This document shows, in pieces, positions 8,485-16,677 of a DNA stretch of 64,000 nucleotides; position 1 is the stretch's first letter; every line of letters begins with the position of its first letter. Below the pieces are notes generated by a model, which worked only from the letters and a program-made list of their open reading frames with translations, was not told the DNA's origin and ran no database searches. The position numbers were made by a program, and so were the translations under genes. The stretch covers positions 1,953 through 65,952 of the forward strand of contig CAISEZ010000090.1 in assembly GCA_903884535.1 (NCBI GenBank), in the 5' to 3' direction. The stretch comes from an uncultured Verrucomicrobia subdivision 3 bacterium (lineage in GTDB: Bacteria; Verrucomicrobiota; Verrucomicrobiia; Limisphaerales; UBA11358).

Positions 8485-10476
8485 TCATTTGTTCGACGGA
8501 ACTTTCTTCAAATCCTTCGCATGCGCAAGATTGTTGCGGGCTTCAATGAAATCCGGTTTGGTATGGAGAGCCAGCTGGAATTGGCGGATGGCCTCGTCAA
8601 TTTGACCTTGGTTGAGCAGGATGATGCCCCAATTTTGGTGCGCTTCGGCATAGTCCGGGTTCTCGCGCAGCGCTTCCTGATACGCGCTGCCAGCCTCAGA
8701 CAGCCGCCCGTTGGCCTGCAAGGCCACGCCTAAATTATAGTGGGCTTCGGTGTAATCCGGTTGCAGGCGGACGGTGGTTTGAAACTGGCGGATGGCCAAA
8801 TCCATCTGACCTTGCCGGCCGAAAGCGATGCCAAGATTATAGCTGGCTTTGACGTAATCGGGCTTTAGCCGGAGGGCGGCTTGAAATTGTTGAGATGCTT
8901 CGTCCAGTTGGTTCTGCGCGAAAAACGCATTCCCCAAGTTGTAGTAAGCTTCGGCATGATTCGGGTTCAGGCGAATGGCGGTCTGCAAGGGGCGAATGGC
9001 CTCGTCATTGTTGCCTTGGCGTTCGAGGATTGTGCCTAGATTGTAATAAGCGTCAGCGTCATCGGGTTTCAGGCGGATGGCTTCGCGAAAATGTTCATCA
9101 GCCTCAATCAGCAAACCTTTCGAAGCCAGAGCGTCGCCGAGATTATTGTGCGCGACATAATTATTTTTTGTGACGGCGAGGGCATGGCGGAAGAGGGTTT
9201 CGCTGTCCTGCCAGTAGCCGATCTGCTGGCGAGTTGCCAGCACACACAGGCCGGTCGTCGTCAAACCGGCAACGGTTAAAATCATGACTTGATGCCGCCA
9301 GTGCCGGGTCAGTTCCTCGGCACCCCAGACGACAATGATCAAGACTCCCAGCGACGGGAGATAGGTGAAACGGTCAGCCATGGCCTGTTCGCCCACTTGC
9401 ACCAAACCAATCACGGGGATTAGCGTCCCGACGAACCAAAACCAGCCCACGAGCAAATAGGGTTGATACCGTCGCTTTAGAAAAAACAAAATTGAAAGCC
9501 CGGCCAGCAGCCCGCCCGCCAGGCTTACGGTTGCCAGCGGCCAATATCCCGGGTGCGGATAAAGCACCGCGAGATCCGCCGGCCAGAACATTTCCGCCAA
9601 ATATCGCCAATACGAAATCAGGGCATTGCCGCCGCGTGCCCCGAAAGGAAGGCTTTCCGCCGCCGCGAGACCCACGCCGTGTTTTTGCACCACAAACGTC
9701 ACGGTGCTCGCCGCCGCCGCGAGGCAAAAGAAAGGAATCTTTTCCAAGATCAGCCGAAGCTTGCTTGCGGCTTGCCGCGGGTCTCCCGACATTCGTTGCA
9801 ATGGCCAAAAGTCCAGCAACAGCAAAACCCCCGGCAACGTCACCAGCATGGCTTTGCTCATCAAGCCCAGGGCGAACCAGACGAGCGCCAGGCCAAACCA
9901 AGCTTTGGACTTTGAATTTTTGCCGTGGATTTCTTCGACATATTTCACATAAGCCCACAATGTCAGCAGCCAGAAGAGTCCGCTCAAAACATCCTTGCGC
10001 TCCGTCACCCACACGACCGATTCTACCCGCAACGGATGCAGGGCGAACAATGCCGCCAGCAACAGACTCCGCCGCGTCGCCCCCGTCAGCCGGCGGAACA
10101 CGAGAAACACCAAGGCGGTGTTCGCGGCGTGCAGCAACACATTCAGCAAATGGTGGCCCCAGGGATTCAAGCCGAAGAGTTGGCAAGCCAGCAGGTGCGA
10201 CAGCCATAGAATCGGCGCCCAATAAGCGTGCTGCTCGGTGTTCAAGCACGCCCACTTGACCGCTTCCCAAGTGAATCCGCCCTGGACGTGGGGATTGGCG
10301 CTGACACAGTCCGGATCATCAAAGTTGACAAAACCACAACTCAGCGCCGGCCAGAAAACGGCCAGTGTCAGCAACCCCAGCAACCCGGCCACCAACCCGA
10401 TGGGGAACAGCCGCCGGCCAATCGAGAAAGTAGTTTTAGCTTTTTGTGATTTGGGATTGGTAATGATTCGACGCAT
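8485..10476 (-). CDS. TMTC-like GT-C fold glycosyltransferase with C-terminal TPR repeats (paralog of 4486..6648)
   Basis: 663 aa. Motifs FVNFDDPDCVSANPHV and HPLRVESVVWVTERKDVLSGLFWLLTLWAY. Has 8+ clear TPR units (AYYNLG..., AHYNLG...). Confidence 0.8.
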   Translation of the reverse strand: MRRIITNPKSQKAKTTFSIGRRLFPIGLVAGLLGLLTLAVFWPALSCGFVNFDDPDCVSANPHVQGGFTWEAVKWACLNTEQHAYWAPILWLSHLLACQLFGLNPWGHHLLNVLLHAANTALVFLVFRRLTGATRRSLLLAALFALHPLRVESVVWVTERKDVLSGLFWLLTLWAYVKYVEEIHGKNSKSKAWFGLALVWFALGLMSKAMLVTLPGVLLLLDFWPLQRMSGDPRQAASKLRLILEKIPFFCLAAAASTVTFVVQKHGVGLAAAESLPFGARGGNALISYWRYLAEMFWPADLAVLYPHPGYWPLATVSLAGGLLAGLSILFFLKRRYQPYLLVGWFWFVGTLIPVIGLVQVGEQAMADRFTYLPSLGVLIIVVWGAEELTRHWRHQVMILTVAGLTTTGLCVLATRQQIGYWQDSETLFRHALAVTKNNYVAHNNLGDALASKGLLIEADEHFREAIRLKPDDADAYYNLGTILERQGNNDEAIRPLQTAIRLNPNHAEAYYNLGNAFFAQNQLDEASQQFQAALRLKPDYVKASYNLGIAFGRQGQMDLAIRQFQTTVRLQPDYTEAHYNLGVALQANGRLSEAGSAYQEALRENPDYAEAHQNWGIILLNQGQIDEAIRQFQLALHTKPDFIEARNNLAHAKDLKKVPSNK

Positions 10477-10545
10477 GGAGCACTAAACAAACGAGGCGGT
10501 GTTTCATTCGGAAAAGGCGGCGTTTGCTTTCTGACCCGTGGCCGC

Positions 10546-10938
10546 GCAGCCTAGCCTAATGTTGGGCCACTGGTTTATCATCTGAACTTTTCTGCAATAT
10601 ATCAATGGCTCTGAGCAAACGTAGGTCTGACTCCATTTTGAAACAAATGCTCCAATTAACGGTAGCAGCAAAAACTCCGCCCGCCGATAACTTGCCACCA
10701 CTCCAAAGCTCCAGAATCGCGCAGGCTGAAATCACCGTAGCACAAATGCCAATAATGGTGCGACGCTTGGAAAGCGAAGCAATCTGTGCGCGACGGCGAA
10801 TCGGGTTGGCAACTATCTTATCGAACTCCTCATCTTGTTTGCTGCTCATAATTTTGTGTGGTGAAAGTGGCCTAACAGATAGTAGGCGGCTGGTTTTGCA
10901 GCCTATCCTCGGCCAAGCGCAGCTTATCCTTTTTCATG
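10546..10938 (-). mobile_element. Inverted-repeat-bounded single-ORF unit with attC-like heptamers (candidate gene cassette or ORF-carrying MITE)
   Basis: On the gene strand the layout is: CATGAAAAAGGATAAGC...GATAGGCTGCAAAACCAGCCGCCTACTATCTGTTAGGCC, then 20 nt, then ATG...ORF...GCCCAAC-ATTAG-GCTAGGCTGC. The same framing motif occurs at 26747-27120 around an unrelated ORF. Confidence 0.45.
10556..10849 (-). CDS. Small hypothetical protein (97 aa, one or two hydrophobic segments); cargo of a cassette-like unit
   Basis: ORF in a visibly AT-richer patch, bracketed by a conserved inverted-repeat motif. No recognisable family. Confidence 0.4.
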   Translation of the reverse strand: MSSKQDEEFDKIVANPIRRRAQIASLSKRRTIIGICATVISACAILELWSGGKLSAGGVFAATVNWSICFKMESDLRLLRAIDILQKSSDDKPVAQH

Positions 10939-11028
10939 GTTCGAGCTTTAATCCGTTTGAACAGGTTGTCCAGCCAAATCCTGAATGTTGTCGGTTTGCC
11001 GGATTGAAAAATGCCCGATCAAAAACCG

Positions 11029-11583
11029 TCACTTCATTTTTGACCGGAGCTGGATTCGTTTCCCGGCCACCATGAAGTGGCCGTGGCCGAGATGATGCAT
11101 CGTCCGCGGATTTTTCACGGCGGGATTGATCCAAGCCTGGACGACTTCCACGACAAAGAAACAATAGCTGGCCACCAGCCGGGTGTCGGTCACGCGGCAT
11201 TCGAGATTGGCAAAACATTCGGCGATGAGCGGTGCGGCCACCCGCGTCGCCGGCACGGGCGTGAGGCCGAACTGCGCGAACTTGTCGCGCTTCGCCCCCG
11301 ACGTGTTGCCGCAGCCGACGACTTGTGCCGCCAACTCCACGGTCGGAATATTGATGACGCATTCGCCGGTGGCCTGCACGCGGGCGAAGGAATAATTGCG
11401 GTTGCTGATGACGCACCCCACGAGCGGCGGCACAAACTCCAGCATGGTGTGCCACGACAACGTCATGATGTTGGGCCGCTCCACGCCGGCCGTCGTGACC
11501 AGCACGACCGGGCCCGGTTCGAGCAGGCCATAGACTTTGGACAGCGGATAAGATTTTTTGGCCACGGAAATTCCTTTCATCAA
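11029..11583 (-). CDS. Flavin reductase-like, FMN-binding split-barrel domain protein
   Basis: 184 aa. GPVVLVTT....PNIMTLSWHT and GDHxxxxG-like C-terminal pattern typical of the flavin reductase domain family. Confidence 0.75.
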   Translation of the reverse strand: MMKGISVAKKSYPLSKVYGLLEPGPVVLVTTAGVERPNIMTLSWHTMLEFVPPLVGCVISNRNYSFARVQATGECVINIPTVELAAQVVGCGNTSGAKRDKFAQFGLTPVPATRVAAPLIAECFANLECRVTDTRLVASYCFFVVEVVQAWINPAVKNPRTMHHLGHGHFMVAGKRIQLRSKMK

Positions 11584-11646
11584 AAGTGACCACGTTGCGT
11601 CGTGGTTGTCAAATCCGGCGCGTCGCTGCCACCGGCCGTGACTTGA

Positions 11647-11701
11647 GGTAGGGCGGCGCTGCTGCGCCGCCGGGTTGGCTGACCGGCAGTTCAGCCCTAC
11701 C
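11647..11701. repeat. REP-like GC-rich nested palindrome (GGTAGGGC ... GGCGGCGC-TGCT-GCGCCGCC ... GGCTGACCGGCAG ... GCCCTACC)
   Basis: Inverted repeats read directly from the sequence. A related copy lies at 18302-18340. Located in a divergent intergenic region. Confidence 0.6.
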
Positions 11702-11812
11702 GGTTTGGCGTCTATATCAATGCTGATTGAAACAGCAATATCCTGCCATCTGATGATTTGACGGTGGCAGTTTATTTGCGAACATTGTCAAAGCGCTTGT
11801 CGCAAAAATAAA

Positions 11813-13060
11813 ATGCCCGCCACTCCTGAATTGCTTTGCGAATCCGCGCCGTGGCTGCGCCTGGCCGGATTGCTGCCGCAATGGCGGGAGATTCCGCTTT
11901 ACCGCGCGCGGCTGTCGCCGGAGATTCTTTCGCCGGAAGCGTTCGCCGGGTTGCCGTTCATCACCAAGCACGAACTGCGCGAAAACTTTCCCGCCAATTT
12001 TCTGCCGCCGGAAAAAAATCTGGAGTCGCTGCTTGCCCAGAATGCGGTGGAACTGGAATACACCTCCGGCACGTCGGACGAGCGCACGCCGGTGCTGTTC
12101 CGGCGCGGCTGGTGGGACGAGCAGGAAGCCCGCGCGCTGCGGCTGAATGAATTCGTGGCGGCTGCGCTGGCGGAAAACCCGGCCACGCGCCGGGCGACGC
12201 TGACGCCGCCGGTTTGCAACGGCCGCGCGTGTCCCACGGTTTGGGCGTCGCGCGAGCAGCGGATGATCGGCGCGACGGTTTATCTGAACCTGGCGCGGAT
12301 TCCGTTCACGCTGGCCGAGGCGGAACTGGCGCGGATGGCGCAGGAAATTTTGGTTTGGTCGCCGGTGTTTCTGGATGTGGACCCGGTGCATGCGGTGTGG
12401 TTCGCGCTGTATTGCGAACGGCACGGGCTGCGGTTTCCGTCGCTGCAATTTATTTTGGCCAGCTACGAGTTCACCAGCGCGGTGCACCGGCGGATTTTGC
12501 AGCGCGTGTTTGGCGTCCCGGTTTTGAACCTTTACGGCTCGACGGAAGCCGGCCACTTGCTGATGGAAGACACGCACGGAAAAATGGTGCCGAGCGAGGC
12601 GACGGCCTATTTTGAACTCGTGAACACGGATGCCGGCGGCGTAGGCGAACTGGTGGTGACCAGCTTGAGCAATGAGCTGATGCCGCTCATCCGCTATCGC
12701 ACCGGCGATCTGATGGCACGGCGCGAGGAAGTTTGCGGGACAAATTATATTCTCCACGGCCGGGCGCGGGACGCGTTGCGCGCCGGCGATGGCCGCCGCG
12801 TGACGACGCTGGAGGTGGACCGCTGTTTTGAAAATGTGGCGGGCATCGCGCATTACGAATTGCGCCAATCAGCGGACGGCGCGTGCGTTCTGCGTTTCGT
12901 GCCGGACGTGCGCGGGCCGGCGGTGGAAGATATTTCCGCGCTGGCCGTGCGGCTGGCCGCGCTGCTGCAATTGCCGGAAACCATCGCCGTGGAATCGGTG
13001 CCGATGGTGGTGCCGACGCATTCGGGAAAATTCCGGCTCACGGTGCCGGCCGCCGGTTGA
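11813..13060 (+). CDS. Adenylate-forming enzyme of the phenylacetate-CoA ligase / coenzyme F390 synthetase (CapK-like) family
   Basis: 415 aa. Motifs YTSGTSDERTPV (AMP-binding P-loop-like), LYGSTEAGHL and IRYRTGDL. Confidence 0.7.
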   Translation: MPATPELLCESAPWLRLAGLLPQWREIPLYRARLSPEILSPEAFAGLPFITKHELRENFPANFLPPEKNLESLLAQNAVELEYTSGTSDERTPVLFRRGWWDEQEARALRLNEFVAAALAENPATRRATLTPPVCNGRACPTVWASREQRMIGATVYLNLARIPFTLAEAELARMAQEILVWSPVFLDVDPVHAVWFALYCERHGLRFPSLQFILASYEFTSAVHRRILQRVFGVPVLNLYGSTEAGHLLMEDTHGKMVPSEATAYFELVNTDAGGVGELVVTSLSNELMPLIRYRTGDLMARREEVCGTNYILHGRARDALRAGDGRRVTTLEVDRCFENVAGIAHYELRQSADGACVLRFVPDVRGPAVEDISALAVRLAALLQLPETIAVESVPMVVPTHSGKFRLTVPAAG

Positions 13061-13116
13061 TTTTTCCGGGCGACAATTTCACTGGACGTGGGCGTGGCAT
13101 TCACTAGATTGCCGTC

Positions 13117-13521
13117 ATGTCCGAAATCGCCAAATTCGTCAATCACGGCTCCGCAAACATCACGCCCGCCGTCGCGCAAAAAGTGCTGCGCCAGTTGCCG
13201 CAGTGGAAACTGGAATTCACCCAGATCAGCGCGCCCAAATTCCCCCACCTGGTCAACCAGCTTGAATTTCTCGCCGACGCCGTCGAGGACGTGATGGAAG
13301 GCGCCTACAAGGAATTGCCGTTCATCGCCATCGCGCAGGCGGTGTTCGCCCTCGTCTATGCGCACAAGAAAACCGGCTTCATTCCGGAAGGTGTTTTGGA
13401 ACTCGGCGGGGCCGATAATTCGAGCGTCGTGCGCGCCGTGCTGATCCAGAACGAAAAAGCCTTTGCCATTTACGCCGGCACGCAGGGCGTGGATTGGCGC
13501 AAAATCACCAGCGAAGCTTAA
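13117..13521 (+). CDS. Hypothetical protein, weakly DUF1232 (YkvA)-like
   Basis: 134 aa with coding-like composition. The FIPEGVLELGGADNSSVVRAVL segment resembles the DUF1232 core. Weak call. Confidence 0.5.
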   Translation: MSEIAKFVNHGSANITPAVAQKVLRQLPQWKLEFTQISAPKFPHLVNQLEFLADAVEDVMEGAYKELPFIAIAQAVFALVYAHKKTGFIPEGVLELGGADNSSVVRAVLIQNEKAFAIYAGTQGVDWRKITSEA

Positions 13522-13532
13522 CTTTTTTTGTG

Positions 13533-14060
13533 ATGCCAATTCCCCTCGTGATGACGGTCATCGGCCCGGACCGCACCGGCCTCGTGGAGTCCATCGCGCG
13601 GGTGGTGGCGGATCACGGCGGCAACTGGCTGGACAGCCGCATGTGCCGGCTCGGCGGCGAGTTCGCGGGGATATTGCGAATCGAAATTCCAGTGGAGAAA
13701 AAATCGCCGTTGTTCGCCGCCCTGGAAGATTTGCAGGAGCGCGGCTTGCAAATCATCGTGCGCGTCGACCAGCCGGTGGCGGCGGCTACCTCGGGTAAGC
13801 AGACGAAACTGGAAATCGTTGGCAGCGACCGGCCGGGCATCGTCCGTGACATCACCAGCGCGCTGGCCCGGGCGAACGTGAACGTCGAGGAATTTTCCAG
13901 CGAACTGGTCAGCGCGCCGATGTCCGGCGAAACCTTGTTCAAAGCCAGTGCGCGCTTGCAGTTGCCTGACCGGTGCGACGTTGCCGCGCTGAAAAAGGAT
14001 CTCGAAAAGATCGCCGCGGATTTGCTGGTGGATGTTTCGCTGGCGGATTTGCCAGCCTGA
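13533..14060 (+). CDS. Two-ACT-domain regulatory protein, GcvR-like
   Basis: Two repeats of the V-x-G-x-D-R-x-G-(L/I)V pattern (VIGPDRTGLVESI and IVGSDRPGIVRDI). ATG at 13533 is preferred over the track start at 13494, which overlaps the upstream gene. Confidence 0.7.
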   Translation: MPIPLVMTVIGPDRTGLVESIARVVADHGGNWLDSRMCRLGGEFAGILRIEIPVEKKSPLFAALEDLQERGLQIIVRVDQPVAAATSGKQTKLEIVGSDRPGIVRDITSALARANVNVEEFSSELVSAPMSGETLFKASARLQLPDRCDVAALKKDLEKIAADLLVDVSLADLPA

Positions 14061-14113
14061 ATGAGCGGTTGATTATTTTTGTCATGCCGGGTGTTTGGTT
14101 TTGAGGGTTATTT

Positions 14114-16621
14114 ATGCTGAAAAAAATCATTCCAATTGGTCTCTGCCTTTTGCTGGTTTGGGGGATTGCCACCGGTTGCAAACGCGCCAGTCACGCGGCC
14201 CGGCATAATCCGGCCGACTATTTTCAGACGCATTTCCAGGACGAATCCCAGTTCATCGTCGAAACCATCGTGGCGGATCTGGCGGAACAAATTTATTTCG
14301 CAAAATTTCACCGCCTGCCGGAAGCCCAGAACTTTTTTGTGGCGGCCACCGAGACGCCCGAATCGCCGTTTGGCGCGCCGGTGTATAATTTGCAACTGGA
14401 TCTTGATGCCAAACATCAGGGGTTGAAAACCAAGCTGAATGGCAGCGGGCCAATCTGGTCGCCGGAGACTTATGACGCTGTAAGTCTGTGGCTGGCCCAA
14501 TCTGTCGGGCTGTCGCCCACCACGGAAGATGCCGCCGCGGACACCAGCCTGCTGGCCAGACTGGTGGATGGCGAGGCCACGAGCTTGGAAAAGGAAAATC
14601 AGACCGTTTCCGGGGCGTTGGAAAATGATTTCACCAACCCCGGCCTGCACGAACAAGCGGCGGTGGTCCTGGGCGCGTTCATGCTGCGCGAACATTCCGG
14701 GGATTTTTTTGAAATCCGTTCGCCGTTGTGCCGGATGACCGCGCATCTGGCGCTCGCCCGCTATCTTCAGGGCGGCGAACTGGCCGCCGGCAACGGGCAG
14801 ATGGCCGAGGCCATGTTGCTGACCTTGATGAACAACCAGACGGCGGCGCTCGAACAATTGCGCGGCATCAAAACCAACACCGTGGCCCTGACCGCCTGGG
14901 TGCGGGCGTTGTCGGCGCGCAATTCAAGCGACTATCGGCCGCTGGACAAACTCGACGGGCTCACGCCGGTCGAGTGCATCGAATGGTTTTATGCCTTGGA
15001 TCGCGCGGCGAACCCGGATATCGCCTGGAACAAATTGAGCGATGTTCAGAAGAAAGACATCAGCTTCGTCCGCATCGCCAGCCAGGAAAACTATTCGGTG
15101 GGCATGGGGCATGAATTGCTGGCGGTCGCCTTGCCCCTGGAATTCCGGGAGATCAGCGCGGTGTATGCGTTGTCGCATTCCAAAAAGTTCACGAAGGAAG
15201 TTCTGGTGCCCGCGCTGAATGAAATGCCCGACCGCTGTTTTTCCACCGAAGATAAAAAAACCGTCCATGTGCATGTCCTCGGCTGGGGATTGTGGGCGGG
15301 CTTTTTGCAACGGCAGTTGTGTCACGCCGTCCAGAATGATTTTAATTTTCTCCAGCGGAAGTGGGGCGTGCCGGATGAGGCGGGAAAATTTTCCGCCAAG
15401 TCCGATGGTTTGCTGGCCGGGCTGCGGCTGTATCCGTTTGTGCGGCGCTTCAACGCCACGGACGTGGCGGCTTATCATCAATCCGTGGACGACGGTTTCA
15501 AAGTGACGGTCGCCACCCCGCAACTGGTTGCCCCGGAATGCTGGAATTATCTTTGCTACGGTTTTTCCCACACCGAGCATTATCAGCCGAACCCAAACCC
15601 GCACATCAACGAATGGCATAAGCACAATCCGCCGCCCGGAACGGCCTATAATATTCTCCCCCGCCTGGATCACCCCAGTTTGGTGGAACGCGGTGATGCG
15701 TCAGCGCTGCTGGATCAACTGCATGATCGCGCGCCGGCTGACCGGGATTTGAACTATTACCTGTTGAAAAATAAATTCAAAAATGCGCCGACCTATGCCC
15801 AGGCCACGGCGCTGTTTGGGGCCTCCGATGCCTACAGCGTTCAGGCCATGATCTGGCTGGCCTGGTCCGTCAAGGATCAGCCGGACAAATATGAATACCT
15901 GATGTCCAAGGCCGCCGAGGTGAATCCGGCGGAGTATTCCCAGCTGGCCGAATATTTTATTGGGCGAAAGGAAGATTCAAAAGCGGTGAAATATTATGAA
16001 AAAGGCGACGCGGCGGATCCGGATGCCGTTTCCGTGGCCAGCCATGCGCCCTGGCTCGTGAAATATTATTTGCAACAAGGGCGGACCAATGACGCGCGCC
16101 GCGTCGCGGACTTTGCAGGCGAGGTTTATTCTTTTTCCGGCTTGGAAGCCAAGGCCCAATTTCTCGAAGCCACCAAAGATTATGCCGGGGCATTTCAGTG
16201 GTATGCCAACATTGAGGAACGTTACGAGGATTCGGGGCCGGTCGTCGCCTTTTGCCTGCGCTACAAAAGCAAGACCGGGGACCCGCGGTTTGATGGCGAA
16301 ATCCAGAAGCGGGCGACCAAGGTGTTTCCCCACGGCATCGAAAAAGCCGGCCTGGCCGATTTCAGCGGTGCGCCCGCCGACGGTGTCTGGTTCAAGGCGG
16401 AAAGCGATTTGTTGAAAGCTGCCGGTTTGAAACAAGGCGATGTCATTGTCGCGGCCTACGGCGTCCGGGTTCACAATGTCGCCCAATACAATTATCAGCG
16501 CGACAACAGTAGCGATCCCGAACTCGACTTGGTTGTCTGGCAGGGCGACGGCTATCACGAAATCAAAGCGAGCCCGCCCAATCACCGCTTTGGCGTGGAA
16601 ATTGGCAACTACGCAAAATAA
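14114..16621 (+). CDS. Large lipoprotein of unknown function with TPR-like helical repeats and a C-terminal PDZ-like domain
   Basis: 835 aa. Signal peptide plus lipobox MLKKIIPIGLCLLLVWGIATGC. C-terminal GLKQGDVIVAAYGVRV is PDZ-like. Confidence 0.7.
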   Translation: MLKKIIPIGLCLLLVWGIATGCKRASHAARHNPADYFQTHFQDESQFIVETIVADLAEQIYFAKFHRLPEAQNFFVAATETPESPFGAPVYNLQLDLDAKHQGLKTKLNGSGPIWSPETYDAVSLWLAQSVGLSPTTEDAAADTSLLARLVDGEATSLEKENQTVSGALENDFTNPGLHEQAAVVLGAFMLREHSGDFFEIRSPLCRMTAHLALARYLQGGELAAGNGQMAEAMLLTLMNNQTAALEQLRGIKTNTVALTAWVRALSARNSSDYRPLDKLDGLTPVECIEWFYALDRAANPDIAWNKLSDVQKKDISFVRIASQENYSVGMGHELLAVALPLEFREISAVYALSHSKKFTKEVLVPALNEMPDRCFSTEDKKTVHVHVLGWGLWAGFLQRQLCHAVQNDFNFLQRKWGVPDEAGKFSAKSDGLLAGLRLYPFVRRFNATDVAAYHQSVDDGFKVTVATPQLVAPECWNYLCYGFSHTEHYQPNPNPHINEWHKHNPPPGTAYNILPRLDHPSLVERGDASALLDQLHDRAPADRDLNYYLLKNKFKNAPTYAQATALFGASDAYSVQAMIWLAWSVKDQPDKYEYLMSKAAEVNPAEYSQLAEYFIGRKEDSKAVKYYEKGDAADPDAVSVASHAPWLVKYYLQQGRTNDARRVADFAGEVYSFSGLEAKAQFLEATKDYAGAFQWYANIEERYEDSGPVVAFCLRYKSKTGDPRFDGEIQKRATKVFPHGIEKAGLADFSGAPADGVWFKAESDLLKAAGLKQGDVIVAAYGVRVHNVAQYNYQRDNSSDPELDLVVWQGDGYHEIKASPPNHRFGVEIGNYAK

Positions 16622-16677
16622 TTTTTGCAGTCATTTTTCACCTTCATTCGCCCCGGTTTTGATTTATCCTCCGCGCG

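Noticed and set aside
11717-12868. Long antisense ORFs opposite real genes. Examples: 11717-12868 (-), 58133-59731 (-), 61755-62750 (-), 55619-56770 (-), 27099-28157 (+), 40991-42043 (+), 21513-22949 (+), 4936-5877 (+), 9374-10270 (-), 12853-13539 (-), 63204-63914 (-).
   Set aside because: They are Arg/Gly/His/Pro-rich low-complexity translations typical of shadow frames in high-GC DNA. Each fully overlaps a gene with clear family motifs on the other strand.
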